This document shows positions 9,893 to 23,597 of a stretch of DNA of 64,000 nucleotides, piece after piece. The position numbers were made by a program, and so were the translations under genes. The notes beneath the pieces were generated by a model. It saw only the letters and a program-made list of their open reading frames with translations. It was not told the origin of the DNA and did not search any database. Source of the DNA: Eledone cirrhosa (lineage: Eukaryota). Position 1 is the first letter of the stretch. Every line of letters starts with the position of its first letter. The stretch lies in NCBI GenBank assembly GCA_964016885.1, contig CAXHJY010000130.1, positions 1,743 through 65,742 on the forward strand, read 5' to 3'.

Positions 9893-12860
9893 TTGTCTTT
9901 AATCTTCCGGTGTTTACTCCCCCCTCCTTACGTTTTTCTGTTTCTTTTTCCCTTCCCCGTCTCTGCCTATCCTTCGCACTCACCCCTTCGTTCACTCCAC
10001 CCCGCTTCACCCCCCCCCCTCCCCGCCCTCTCATCCCTCCCCCTGCTTTCACCCAACGCCCATCATGCCCAACCTGAGATCCTTTCTCCACCAACTCCAC
10101 AATCGCCTCAAACTTTTCCTCACCCCCCCCTCCTTCCACCCTGCTATCTCCCCTCCGCCCTTCAACTCTCCTACCTTCTCTTCGCCAAAACCCGGCACTC
10201 CAGCCACATCCATTTCCTCAGCCACTGCCTCCGCCTCCACCTTATCCCCCTCGGCTTCCGTCTACACTTCCACCCCTCCCCCGCTGCTTCCCCCTCCACG
10301 CAACGTATCCTCACCCGATCCTCACGCCTTCTGATGCGCAACTCCATCCGCGCCTCCCGTTCCACCCTCCGCCTACTTGACCACCAACTGACCCCCACCC
10401 TCCTCCGCCTTTACTCCACCTGCCACCCCCTCCTCGCCCAAGCCATCCTCTCCTTCATCCACAACCTCAACCACAACCTCTTCTCGTTCCTCAGCTCCAC
10501 CAAAGCCCGCAAGCTACACTCCCCCCCATCCACCACCACCCGCCCATCCCCATACGCCCACCACTCTCCACCTCTCCCCCGACCCACACCCCGACCCACA
10601 CCCCTACCCAATCTCCACCCTCCACCTCACCCCTCACCACACCCTCCCTTCCCTCCCCAAACACCCAAACCCCACCCCTTGTTGTCACCATACCCCCTGA
10701 CCTCCCCCTCTCCGCACCTGAGCGCTCACTCCTTAGTAGAGGCCTTCGCTTCATACCCCACACTCCGCTCAGCGACGAGTTCCGCACCCGAACGGAAGTC
10801 GAGCGATTCGTGCGACGCACTAAACTATAGGCACATTTCAGCCGAACGCCAACGGCTCCGGACGCCCCAGACCCGTTTCTCGCCCTGGGCCGACGACCAT
10901 CTTCTTGGACGCCGGCCCCAGGGCAATAAAGCACCCTGGACGCCTTCGTCGATGCCAGCCGTAGTGCAGTAAATCGTTTCGACTTCCGCCACCGTTCCAA
11001 ACGGCACAACATCTCACGGGGCGAACTCCTCGCTCTCCCCTCGCTCCGTAGCCGAGATGACATCGTCATCAAACCGGCGGACAAGGGAGGCGCTGTGGTG
11101 GTATGGCGCGCGGACCTCTACACGGCCGAAGCCCTCAGGCAGCTCTGTAACCCCCTCTTTTACCGCCCTCTACCCTCCGATCCCACCCCCTCTACCAACA
11201 ACAAGTCTCCTCCACCATCAAAGACCTTATCGCCTCCTCCCTCCTCCCCCCCCACCGCTTCCCACCTCATCGTCAGCACCCCCCGCACCCCCACCATCTA
11301 CTTCCTCCCCAAACTCCACAAACCCGACAACCCCGGCTGCCCCATCGTCTCCGCTTGCAACTGCCCCACCGAACTCATCTCCGCCTTTCTCGACTCCCTC
11401 CTCGCCCCCCCTTGTCACCACCCTCCCCTCCCACATCTCCGACACCAACCACGCCCTGCGCCTTTTCGACTCCTTCACCTACCTACCTGGCCCTCAGCCA
11501 TTCCTCTTCACCCTAGACATCAAGTCCCTCTATACCGTCATCCCCCACGCCGACGGCCTTCGCGCCCTCAAACACTACCTCGACCTTCGCCCCTCCCCCA
11601 TTCCCTCCACCCCCACCCTCCTTCGCCTCGCCGAGCTGGTCCTCACCCTAAATTGTTTCTCCTTCTCGGGTGAGTTTTACCAACAGGTCACGGAGGTAGC
11701 CATGGGCACAAGAATGGGCCCGAACTATGCCAACCTTTTTGTTGGCCATGTTGAGGCCCAAATCTTTGCCCAGTACACCGGCCCCACGCCCGAACTGTAC
11801 GGTCGTTATATTGACGACTGTATCGGAGCCACGACCCTCACCCGAGTACAGCTCGACTCCTTTCTCTCCTTCTTCTGCTCCTTCCACCCCTCCCTCCACT
11901 TCACCACCTCTATCTCCACCACCCATGTCCACTTCTTAGACATCTCCGTCGCCTTCGACCCCTCCCACCACTCCCTCGTCACCTCCGCCTTCTTCAAACC
12001 CACCGACTTCCACTCTTACCTCGACTTCACCTCTTCCCACCCCCCACACTAAACTCTCCATTCCCTACTCCCAACTTCTCAGGATCCGCCGCCTCTGTAG
12101 CCGAGATGCTGACTTCGAGTCCCAGGCCCTTTCCCTAGTCAGCCATTTCATCCGCAGGGGTTACCCCCCCTCTCTCGTCTACACCGCTCTCACCCGCGCC
12201 CGTGCTATCCCCCGCTCCACCACCCTCACCCCACGCCACCGCACACCCACCCACCGTCTCCCCTTTCCCATCACCTACCACCCCTCCACCTTACCCCTCC
12301 ACCGCACCATCCGCCGCCTCTTCCGACGCCTCCAGTCCGACCCCTCCACCTCCCACATCTTCCCAACCCCACCACTCCCCTCCTTCAAACGCGCACGCAA
12401 TCTCCGCACCCTCCTCGTCCACAGCTCCCCCCCCAACCCCCCCGGTTCCTTCCCCTGTTCTAGGCCCCGCTGCAACACCTGTCCCCACATCACCAACACC
12501 ACCACCTTCCAGGGTCCCAACGGCCACTCTCTCTCGGTCCGGCATGCCTTCCGCTGCACCTCCTCCAACCTAGTCTACGGACTTCGTTGCACGGAGTGCA
12601 GCGCGACTTATGTCGGTCAGACGGGACGTCGCCTGGCGGACCGAGTCACGGAGCACCTCCGGGATATTCGTCTCGGGGGCAGTTCCCCCATCGCCCGCCA
12701 CTTTGGTGGCCCTGGACACTCCGCACGCCATCTCACAGTCTGTGGCCTACTCCAATGCCACGGAACACCCGCCCATCGCCTTACGGTCGAACAACGCACT
12801 ATCTTCATCTTACAGACCCACACTCCCCCCGGCCTGAACTCCCCACCCTTATTCCTTTAG
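9893..12860 (+). pseudogene. PLE reverse transcriptase / GIY-YIG endonuclease ORF, several frameshifts
   Basis: IYFLPKLHKPDNPGCPIVS, LFTLDIKSLYTVIPH, AMGTRMGPNYANLF, RYIDD, FLDI, KPTD; C-terminal LVYGLRCTECSATYVGQTGRRLADRVTEH at ~12570. Confidence 0.9.
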
Positions 12861-14146
12861 CGTTCGTCCGCCCCCCTCCCCCCACACTTATCCCCCACTA
12901 ACACCAGTAACACACCCCTCCTTTTCACCGCCCACCCCACACTAACAATACTAACAACTCCACTCCACCCCTCATCTGACCACCCTTCCCCAACTAACAT
13001 ACTAACATGCCCTCCCTCCCCTCTTCTCCTCCTCCCCCCTCCTTATCACACGCACACACGCACCCACTTACACCACCCACCCCACACGCAACTAACATCA
13101 CTAACACCCCCAACCCCACGCACACGTACCCACACACCCTCGTACACCACCAACTCTACACACCCTACCACCACTAACCCCCACTCACACCTGCATTCCA
13201 CCCCTCCCCACCTCCCGTATACTAACACCCACTAACACCTCTTCACCAAACTACACACACACCAGTACACCACACTCCCTCCATAGAACCACACACACCC
13301 TTCTCTCCCCGCTCCACACTCACTCATCCCACTAACACCCCTACTAATACACACACACACACACACACACACCCTCCTCACTCCAACTCTCACACCTACC
13401 CATCCTCGCCTCCCTGCCATTCCGCCGACTGCTGCTATGCCCTTCCGACCACCTCTCAGCACCAACTGACCACAGCACTCCCACTGCTGACCACTTCACA
13501 CGCCACCTACACCCACAACACGCTTAAACCACACACACGTGCTTCCCACCACATATTTACACCCTCAGCCTCCTGATTCCTCTCCCCCCATCCCCCTACC
13601 CACACACGCGCAGACACTCCGACTCACAAAAACACCCCCCACACACACCTTCCTGAACATGCAACCCCGTTCTTCCCCCAACCCTCACTTTCACATACAC
13701 ACACACACACACACACCTAACCACACACACCACCTTCAGCCCTCCCCGCTCGGACACCCCGTCTCCCTCTCCCCACTCCACCCGCCTCCACCTCTACTCA
13801 CCCCACACCCTCCCACCACCTGTTTACCCCCCTTTTAATTTCAGTTTATTTTGATCATGCCTTTATTTTTAAATGTTCTCATTCCTTGTAATTTGATCAT
13901 GCTTTATTTTTATTTATTATATTTTTTGTCTTTATTTGTTAATTTTTCATTCGCACCGTTTCCTTTCGCTATATGTCTCTCCACCACTCCCCTACACACC
14001 TTTTGAACTCTGTTCCCACACACTTCTCACCTGAAGAAGGGCTTATGCCCGAAACGTCGTCCCCCACCTACCCCCCACTCTCCTGAGCGTGAATTTAATA
14101 AACATTTATTGTACTGCCTCTCTGTTCTGTCCCTGTTCAATTTTTC

Positions 14147-14210
<64 letters not shown>

Positions 14211-14235
14211 TATATATACATATATATATATGTAC

Positions 14236-14311
<76 letters not shown>

Positions 14312-14338
14312 ATGCATATATATATGTGTGTGTATGTA

Positions 14339-14997
14339 TAGACAACCATAGCCTGCGAATCGGCGTTTCCCTGAGGCTCGGCCTCCGGATCTGCCAGGCA
14401 CACTAATGTCGCTGCGGTTCCACCGTGGACTCTTTCGGCCTCCACCCGCTTTCCTGTCGCCACAGTGCCGGCCGCATTCCACGCCTTACTGCCCTCAACG
14501 AGGTCATTAAGCATGGCTTGGACGCTGCAGGCTCCCCTTCCCAGCTCGAGCCGGTGGGGCTGGATCGAGGGGATGGCAAAAGGCCAGATGGCATGACCAT
14601 CTTCCCGTTCCGCGGTGGCAAACCCCTCGTCTGGGATGCCACTTGTACCGACACTTTCTGCAGCTGCAACCTGGTGCAGTCTGCGACTGACCCAGGTTCT
14701 GCTGCACGTCGGGCTGAGGGGGCCAAACTCCTCAATTACCGATCGCTCTCCGATAGGTTTGCGATCGTTCCCCTGGCAGTGGAAACATCTGGTGTCCTCG
14801 GCCCCAGGGCTACCTCCTTACTCACCACCATAGGCGCTGAGCTGGCTAGCCGTAGGTGTGAGCCCCGCGAGTTTGAGTGGCTTTTACAGCGCGCCTCCCT
14901 TGCCGTCCTCCGGGGAAATCCTTTCTCCATTCTGTCCGCCGGGACTGTGGGTGGGCCCCATCGCGTACCATTAGTTAAATACCATTCTTTCGTTTGA
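14339..14997 (+). mobile_element. CRE-clade non-LTR retrotransposon, 3' fragment (zinc knuckle + restriction-like endonuclease)
   Basis: CRCG...[44 protein letters not shown]. Inserted within (TA)n. Confidence 0.8.
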
Positions 14998-15126
14998 AAA
15001 ACAATTATATATATACTATTTAGATTTACATATATATATATATGTGTGTTTGTGTGTATATACATATATTTTTATATGTATATTTATATGTATATATGTG
15101 TATATCTATATATGTGTGTATGTGTT

Positions 15127-15191
<65 letters not shown>

Positions 15192-15289
15192 ATATATGTA
15201 TGTGTATATGTATATATGTGTATATTTATATGTGTATATATCTATCTATATATAAGTATATATGTTTATATATATGTGTGTGCGTGTGA

Positions 15290-15555
15290 ATGTAGCGAAG
15301 ATAATACGTCAGCAATGACGTGTTCGTCAGAATGTCGTTATGCAGACAGCAGACATACAGACAGATATTATAACGGCTTGACGGAGATGGATAACCGGCG
15401 CCTAAGACCCCTTTAACAACAGAAAATTGTATCTTTAGACCGCAAGGAATATATAAATGCAAGTTTGAAGTCAATCGGAGTAGAAATGTGGATTTGTATA
15501 GACTTAGCAAAAATGAGGACACACACACAGACAACAACAGCTTTATATATATAGT
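15290..15555 (-). mobile_element. Helitron-like 5' fragment
   Basis: Minus strand begins CTATATATATAAAGCTG..TGTCTGTGTG, like the start of the element ending at 62300. No 3' end found. Confidence 0.4.
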
Positions 15556-15875
15556 TGTAGGGTGCAAGCTAAATGCGTCCGTAGGCGGGATGCCGGTTGA
15601 GCACTCGATGCTAGCGCAGAGCAGAGTATAATATTATAAAGAACGAAGATTCAGTGTTGCATCATATCACATTTATTAACATATTACATAGAGTTTTCAA
15701 GGATGGTTAAAGAAGATTAGTCCAGCCCCTTTTTGTGGAACACTTCAAAAGGCATGCTTTCTGGGAACAACAAGAAACCTCCGATACGTCCTGAATATCC
15801 GAGGCTGCAGGTAGCGGCTTGATATTCATTTGAACAAACTTTCCAGTTAAATAACATCAATGACTGAGACTCAAA

Positions 15876-15909
<34 letters not shown>

Positions 15910-15917
15910 TATAATAA

Positions 15918-16107
15918 TTGTTTCTACGTTAGGCACAAGGCCAGCAATTACCCAGTGTATTACTGGTACTTTATTTTATCGACCCCGTAAGGATGAAAGG
16001 CAAAGTTAACCTCGGCGGGATTTGAACTCAGAATGGCAAGGGCTGTAACTCTATGCGTCAAAGCATGGCATCCGACCCTCTACCAATACTGCCAATCCAC
16101 CGCCCTT
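15918..16107 (-). mobile_element. tRNA-derived SINE; other copies ~39578-39640(+, partial), 40520-40700(+), 44698-44880(-), 44891-45020(-) with fold-back 45021-45075, 45866-46046(-)
   Basis: A-box TGGCAGTATTGG, B-box GAGTTCAAATCC, conserved body CTTTGCCTTTCATCCTTACGGGGTCGATAAAATAAAGTACC, (ATT)n tail. Confidence 0.85.
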
Positions 16108-16130
16108 AATAATAATAATAATAATAATGA

Positions 16131-19100
16131 TTTCATTTATTAGCCACAAGGGCCGACATGTAGGGGACAATACAAAGACAGGGACAGTAGGGGTTTACAA
16201 TAAGGTCGAGTAAAAGTGCACAATGGCAAGACTAATTTAACAATGAAAATATAAAATATAAAATAAACTATGCAAAATATAACAAAATAAATTCCCCGAT
16301 AGGGGGTGGACGACCCTGGGGTGATTCGGGTACCCCACCAATCCTGAACCACCCTGCGCTTCTAGGGCACCCAGGAGAGCACCCCTCTCCTCAAGTTAGC
16401 TAGCCTATAGGCGCATGGTCAGAGTAGGCCCATTCACACGAGCCATTCTTGCCACATTCACCAACCTTTTAGCAAATGTACTGGGGGGCAGCACTTCTCT
16501 CTCCACCCTCACCCTCCTTTCCAGGTGAAACTTGAAGAAGTTGATGAGGGATTGGCCGAAGAGAAAAGTGTCTGTCTTTAGTCCTTTCAACCTGGTCCAC
16601 CATATAATCTCTTTCGCAACTGCCACCAGACAGAGGAAAATGTCCTGCTCTTCCTGACCTAAGGAAGGTGGCGGCTCGATCTTCACTATGGACTCGGCCG
16701 ATAACTGGATTCGTTCCACACGCGACAGTAGCTGTTCGACATAACTCCACAAGTCAGTAATGCACGCACATTGGACAAGTGCGTGCAGAACGGTTTCGTC
16801 GTTCTGTGCGCATCTTGGGCAGGTCCGTCTGACAGCACTTCCGTGCCTGTAGAGTTTATCCCGAACCGGCAGTGCCCCCCGGTAGCACTGCCAAGCGAGG
16901 GATTTCTGCAAATTGTCCATCGTCCCCGGCTCAAAAGTCCTCCGGTACAGACTGGTCAGTTCGACTTCGTCGAGGCCCAAAGCTTCTCCGAGTGCGTCAT
17001 CGCACTTGCCCACCACTAATCCTCTATAAAACTCGAGAGTGGAAGTTCCACTGATCGCATTGCCCGCTTGGTAGAGGGCAGCGAGTGCCTGGCAACATTC
17101 CAGGTGCCAGTCACCCAGTCTCGGTCTCTTCTTGACCCAGGACTGCAGCTCAGTCAAAGAAATGAGCTGCGGAAAGGCCCGTCTGATAAACGGCGACCAC
17201 ACCTGTTCACCATTGAGGCAGAATATCTGGAGATGTCGCAGCCTCAACGCATGTCTGCGCATCATTAGCCACGGCATGCCCAGCCCTCCGTGTAGAGGGT
17301 GCTGGCAGCAGATGGACCGCCTCACCAACGGAACTTGTCCCCTCCACAAGAATTTGAAGAGGAGCCGTTCCAACTTGACGAGGCGCGGACGGGGGCAAGG
17401 CACGACGGTTAGGCGGTAATAGATGACGGACGCGATGTACGCATTCGCCACCTCCGCGCGACCTTTCAGTGATAGCTTCCTCCCAGCCCATTTTTGGGTG
17501 AGACTGGCTACTCTGCTCGTTACCTCGTCCCAATTCTTTTCCACCTGGAGGTCTGGTCCGAACCAAACCCCGAGCAACTTTACTGGTCCGTCCGTCCAGC
17601 GCCCCACGACGCTGTTGGACGGCATGGGCTTGCCTCTCCAGGTTCCGAGCTGCAAGCCCACCGACTTTTCCGGGTTAAGTTTGGCTCCTGTCAACCTTTC
17701 ATATTCTTTCAATAAGGTGCCGACCACCTCGATTTCTGAGGTGTTCGACACCATCACGGTGATGTCGTCCGCATAAGCCGACACCGCCTTTCCACGTCCC
17801 GGTTCGAGCGGGATGCCCTGCAACAGCTCCAGCTTCCGCAGTAAAGGCTCGAGAGTCAATACGTACAGAAGGGAAGAGAGAGGGCACCCTTGACGGACCG
17901 ATCGGGAGAGCCGAAATGGTTCCGAGAGGTGGCCATTAACTTTGACCACCGAGCGTGTGCCGCTGTGCATTGCAACGATCCAGCTTCTAAAGACAGGGCC
18001 GAAGCCAGCTGCTTTGAGGACAAACTCCAGATACCGATGGTCGACCCTATCGAATGCTTTCGATTGATCTAAATTGATCAGTGCCCCACCGAAGCCAGGT
18101 TTACACCCTACCCTCTCTATGATGTATCGCATGAGGTGGAGATTGTCGTGTATGGACCTGGCTGGGATTGCGCAAGTTTGCGCCTCCCCAACCAAATCCT
18201 CGACGACAAGCGCCAATCTCTTTGCTAACACCTTGGCCAAAATCTTAAACTCTGTGTTGAGCAGAGTTATGGGCCTGAAGTTGTCTAATGTATCCCTCTT
18301 GTTCTCGTCTTTCCTTATCAGCGTCACCACTCCCCTGCTCACAGAACTGGGAATACTCCCATTCTGCTGCCAGTTACAGTAGAGTGCTTCAAGGAGTTCG
18401 GAGAACAAGTCTGGCATATTTACGTAAAGCTCGTAGGGCAGGCCATCCAAGCCTGGTGACTTGCGCCTCATGCAGCCGACAAGGGCGTCCTGAATTTCGG
18501 CTGAAGTAATCGGCCTTTCGCAGCGCTCAGCGTCGACCGTCGAGATGCGCGGCAAGCCGTCAAGGTAGGGACTGAAATCCGCTACTCTCTCTGACCCGCC
18601 ACTCTCCCTGAACAACCGAGCAAAGTGCTGGCGAAAGGCCTCACACATCCGCTTGGAATCGCTTATCTCGTGTCCGTCTCGGTCCGCCAAAGACCGAATT
18701 GTGGTTTTATTAACACGCTGCGCCTCCGCCACGCGGGCCCATCGAACAGCTTTAGTTCCCTCGTTTCTCAGCGCACGCGCCTTAGCTCTGACAATGCAAC
18801 CTTCGTGTTTGGCATTGAAGAAATGGTCTAATGCCATTCTCACCGCTAGCACGTCAGTTGCGATGCCACTACAAATAGCCTCGTCTAACTTATCTACCAG
18901 CTCCCCCTCCTTTCTATTTTTCTCTAACGCTAGTTCTTTGCTGAACTCTATCGAAGTTACTCTAATCTCTCTTTTGAGAGCCCCCCACCATCTGTTGTTG
19001 ATGATCCCCCCCTGTCAACTTTTGCTTAACTAACTTATTGACTCGGTCCCTGTAAGCCTTACGTGCCGGAAATGACATGTTCAGCTTCCAGTAACCCGGT

Positions 19101-20753
19101 CCTAACCTACGCGTTTTATTTAGGTCGACCGTACAGATCACAAATTTGTGATCTGAATAGGCGACCGTTTTAAAAAGTGGACAGCCCACACTATTTCTAT
19201 CTATTTTCCTAATGAAGATTCTGTCTATATACGATCTAGATGACCCCATTCGGTTGGTCCATGTCCATACTGGCACATTGGGGAAATCTAGTCGATACCT
19301 GTCAGACAGTTGGAACTGGCTGAGTAGGTGCTTGAGGCTTTTGCACCCCCCGCTCCTATCGGCTACTCCCACACAATCCCAGCGTGCGTCTAAGATGCCA
19401 TTCCAGTCCCCCGCTAACAGTAAAGGGCGAGACGTACCCAGAAAGGTCTCCAGGCGCCTAAAGAAGTCAGGTCGTCTGGCCCCTGTAGGGGCGTAGGCGG
19501 CCAGAGGTCTAAAGGCACCACCTTCGCTACTGCTCACATCCAAGACCACCAACTTACCGTCCGGGTCCCGGAAGATCGACCTTACCTCGAGATCCAGTCC
19601 TTTCCTAAACAGCACTGCCACCCCACCCCCCATTCCCGGCCTGCTAACAGATGCGAAGATCTGATAGTCGTCGAAAATGGGGGCTAGTGCACGCGTGTCG
19701 GAAATTCTGGTCTCGCTTACGGCAATCACATCCATTTCCAGCGACCGGAGGTCGTTGAGCAGGCGACCCTGCTTCCAGGGTGACCCCAGGCCGCGAACAT
19801 TTAAACTTCCTACTCTTAATATGGCCATATTGGTAAGCTAAGAGAGAGAGAGGGAAGGTTTACTTACCTCCCGGGTCTTGTGAAGGTCGGGTGGTTCGAC
19901 CTCCATGGTTGGTGGGGTTTCTTTTGGGAACCCCTTTAAAAGTCTTGATGTGGGTTTCACATTCGGGTTTCCCACGTCTTGAGGAAAGCTCTCTCGAATT
20001 TCTTTGAAAGAATTGAGTGACATTCGGACCAGAAGCAAATCTTCTGGCACACAAAATGTGCTCATTTCAAAAATCTCCCCCTCTGTTTGAATGTCCTCGC
20101 TTCGCGCTAAGAGGGCCATCAGTTTATGGTTGGCCCTTCTGACAAGCACGAAGTTTTTAACATTTTGTTGGTGTGGTTTTATTTGTTTTCGTTTTGGTGA
20201 AGGTGGTGGCGATGGTTTTGGTGGTGTTGTTTCGGGTATGTCTATGTTTGTTGTAGGTGTGGTGTCTGCAATTTCAGGTATTTGTGTGTTTATTTGTACT
20301 TGTGTTTGTTTAGGTTGTTTGCGTTTCGGGGATTGTGGAGGTGGTGTCGATGTTGCTGATGGTGCTGATGTTATTGGGGAAGTGTCTGCGTTAGTGGTGT
20401 CTGTATTTTTTGTTGTGTGTGTTTTTGTGTTTTGTAGGGGCTTTTTTTTGTGTGAGTTTTCTCTGTTTTTTTGCACTTTTGGGTTTTCCTTCATCTTCGC
20501 TGCTGGAAGACAAAGGGTCTGTGTCTGTGAGTGTCTCTGTGTCTGTGTGTGCGTTTATTTTTTTTTTTGTCTATGTATATAGTTGGGGGGGGGGGGGTAG
20601 GGGGAGTGGGAGAGCTTTCCTCGTTTTCTCCTTGGATTGGTTTTGGTGTTGGTGGTGATCCGGCTGCTTTTGATGTTGGTGTCCGTGTTTTTGTTGATGT
20701 TGTTTTTGGTGGTGGTGGTGGTGCAGCTTTCCGTGCTGACACTGGCGTTGGCA
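16131..20753 (-). mobile_element. L1/Tx1-clade LINE, 5'-truncated within ORF1
   Basis: ORF1 remnant (19838-20750, Pro/Thr/Lys-rich), APE + RT ORF2, 3' UTR with AATAAA ending at (TAA)n. Confidence 0.9.
16405..19828 (-). pseudogene. LINE ORF2: APE endonuclease (18962-19828) + RT and C-terminal Cys/His finger (16405-18852), disrupted near 18960-19010
   Basis: SLNVRGL, SETR, AGDWN, SYIDRIF, SDHK; KSPGLDGL, FRPITLLN, DQSKAFDRVDH, RQGCPLS, AYADD; CPRCAQNDETVLHALVQC. Confidence 0.92.
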
Positions 20754-20778
20754 ATATATATATATATATATATATGTA

Positions 20779-22686
20779 TAGAAGTGGTTACACAACAGTT
20801 AGTTCACCATACCGAGAACAATTGTTTCACCTTCGCGGATCTTCAGCTCGGGATGTGTATGGTTATAAGAACAGGAAGGACAACCGTGCGAACGCGCATG
20901 CGCAGAAACACGGTTACTTCACACAGGCAATACTAGACTGCGTGCGGGAGATGTAAGGGAGATAACTGCGAAAGTCCGGAAAGTTTTTAGGTTGAAAATA
21001 AAATAAAAAAATTAAAAATAAAATTACAAAGAATCAGTCCGGAGCCTTGTAGTTATGCAATAGATGTTTGGTGACGTGTGAACAACGTGTGAAAAATTCA
21101 CTTCTCGTGTTTAGGCAATCACTATCGCGTAATCTCTTTAGAATAGTTATTCGTTCGTCAATACATAAGCCACACGTCGGATTTCCCCTTGCGTATGGCT
21201 TGGACTTAGTGATGGCTTTCCATTGAATGAAGTAGCCTATACTTGAGTCCTTGAGGGATCATACGTGACTCGCGAGTTTCGTGGATGAACGTCTGTCCAG
21301 GTAGCTGAAGGTAGACTGGTGGTTCAGGAAACGGTCCTTGAATCGCCCCCCCCCCCCCCCTGCCATGCCCACATAGGATTTGACCTCCTGTGGTTCGTTT
21401 GGTCGGTTGGAGGTGACCACAGCTTCATAGATTACAGCGTTGCATTGCTGTTGAAGGGGGCAAGCTTCAGGCTTACGGCAAGAGTACCCTGGTGGGGTGT
21501 TGCTCCTAGGGCTGCTGGTGATGTGGGCCTTCATGTTCTTAGCGCAGGAGTATCCTAGTTTAACTTTGTGTCGGTTAAAGATGGAGCGGTATTTATGACC
21601 TATGGGAAAGTGTCTATCTAAGAGGGCTAGAAATGTTTTTCCTACATTGGTTTTAACGTTGAGTGAGAAGGGAGGAGAGAACCAGATAGTTTGTCTATTG
21701 ATGCGCTTACTTTTCTTAATGGTGTTGTTGCTAGTGGGCGAGTAGGTGATAGGTTGTGAGAAGCCGCTGTTAGCCAACGCCGTGTTATAGTAGGGTGCCG
21801 CCCTGTCAAAGATAGCCTTATTAGAGGAGAGGTTTGAGATTCTAGTACTGATATTCTTAACGAAGTTTCTAAAAACAGTGGGAGGGTGGCATGAGTCCTT
21901 GTGAATGTAATTAAGTTTCTCGTTTAGCTTATGGAAGGGTCTGTGGGTGTGTGTGCGAAGGTCTAAATTAATGTCTAAGAAATCTACGCTAGAGAGGTTG
22001 GTGGCTACTGTTATCGTAAGGCCTAACTCATTGAAGGTAGAGGTCGAGGTCGTGACCACTTTTATGGCTCGATAAAGTCAGTCCATCGTCACGGTATATT
22101 CCCGTGTGGAAGTCCGGGAATCTAACACGTAATATGTCTAAGATAAAAAGGCCAACCAAGTCGCATACGTCAGCACTGTCAAACGATCCCACGGAGACGT
22201 CGAACAGGTCTGAAGATGTAGACTTCTTTGCCCAGGCTACTCCGACGTTGAAAAGGGGGGTTTTCCGGCAGTGAGCGATTATTTCCCTGTCTAAACCATC
22301 GACGGTGTTATAAGTGGTAGCGAAGTCCAACGCTTTGTTTAACAGGGTCTCTGAGATCGACGGGTAATAATCGACAATGTCAAACTGTGTGAACTTCGCA
22401 TCTATTGCATAACTACAAGGCTCCGGACTGATTCTTTGTAATTTTATTTTTTATATTTTTATTTTATTTGCAACCTAAAAACTTTCCGGACTTTCGCAGT
22501 TATCTCCCTTACACCTCCCGCACGCAGTCTAGTATTGCCTGTATGAAGTGGCCGAGTTTCTGCGCATGCGCGTTCGTACGGTTGTCCTTCCTGTTCCTAT
22601 AACCATACACATCCCGAGCTGAAGATCCGCGAAGGTGAAACAATTGTTCTCGGTATGGTGAACTAACTGTTGTGTAACCACTTCTA
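20779..22686 (-). mobile_element. 5'-truncated Penelope-like element with inverted terminal repeat (20779-21066 / 22399-22686)
   Basis: Broken ORF with FDIVDYYPSI, GSFDSADVCDLVG, YRDDG, DFLDI and GIY-YIG-like VIYEAVV...SYVGM. ~288-bp inverted termini carry HHRs. Confidence 0.88.
22614..22653 (+). ncRNA. Type I hammerhead ribozyme (inverted copy 20812-20851; related copy 45164-45201 on minus strand)
   Basis: CCGAG-CTGAAGA-T-CC-GCGAA-GG-T-GAAA-CAATTG-T-T-CTCGG. Stem I 5 bp, palindromic stem III, GUU triplet. Confidence 0.75.
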
Positions 22687-22733
22687 CCAAACTCGTGCTC
22701 TACCACTACGGATATTACCTTCCAGTGTTCCAC

Positions 22734-22831
<98 letters not shown>

Positions 22832-22916
22832 GGTAAACAGAAATAACAACACAATCGGTACAGTATATGGTTGGGATATATTAGGTTAACGCTTGATATA
22901 GCAGGAAGAGGGTTTT

Positions 22917-22944
22917 AACGATTCGGACGCTAGTCCTTCATCAG
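22917..22944 (-). ncRNA. Degenerate minimal hammerhead motif in a PLE-terminus fragment (22828-23140)
   Basis: Minus strand CTGATGA-A-GGAC-TAGC-GTCC-GAAT-CGTT (GAAA mutated to GAAT). Confidence 0.45.
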
Positions 22945-23141
22945 AAGAAAGAATGAGAAATAAGATAGATAGAGGGGACGGGCGGGTTTGAATTGGAAAA
23001 ATGTTTTTAGATAAAAATAACAGGTCCCTTCGTGTTGACATCTCTTGCAAAACTGTTGGTGCTGGCGTTTTTTGTATGATTTATTCTTTTAGAAAAGCGG
23101 ATGATTTTGTAAAAAAAGCTATAATTGTGCACGTGCGTAAG

Positions 23142-23214
<73 letters not shown>

Positions 23215-23450
23215 GAAAAAACGAGGTGGTTTCGTTTACATATGAAAAATACTTATTTCGTATCGACCTGTTACGCGCGTTTCGCAGAGGATTGGCTCAA
23301 GATGACACATAGGAATTATTGACCCGACTCCAGTATCAATCTGCCCCTCAGACTGGTGATGCGATATATGTATATATATATATACGTATATGAAAAGAGT
23401 CAGGACCCCGACGGCTGAGCTCCGGCCTTTTCGACAGCTAGATGCGAACT

Positions 23451-23511
<61 letters not shown>

Positions 23512-23597
23512 ATAATAATAAAATTGAAGACTAAAATCCAAAGAGGGCTCGATAAGGAAAATATATATCAAATATATAAGAACCGTAGAGCAAATAT

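Larger units (their letters stand above)
8364..14148 (+). mobile_element. Penelope-like retroelement with tandem pseudo-LTRs (8364-9635 and 13069-14148)
   Basis: Direct repeats >1 kb flank a frameshifted RT + GIY-YIG ORF. Each repeat carries an HHR core. Ends in (TA)n. Confidence 0.9.

Noticed and set aside
15556-15688. 133-bp TG...CA segment resembling a solo LTR
   Set aside because: TSD is imperfect (TAGT/TAGA), with no second copy or internal domain in the window.
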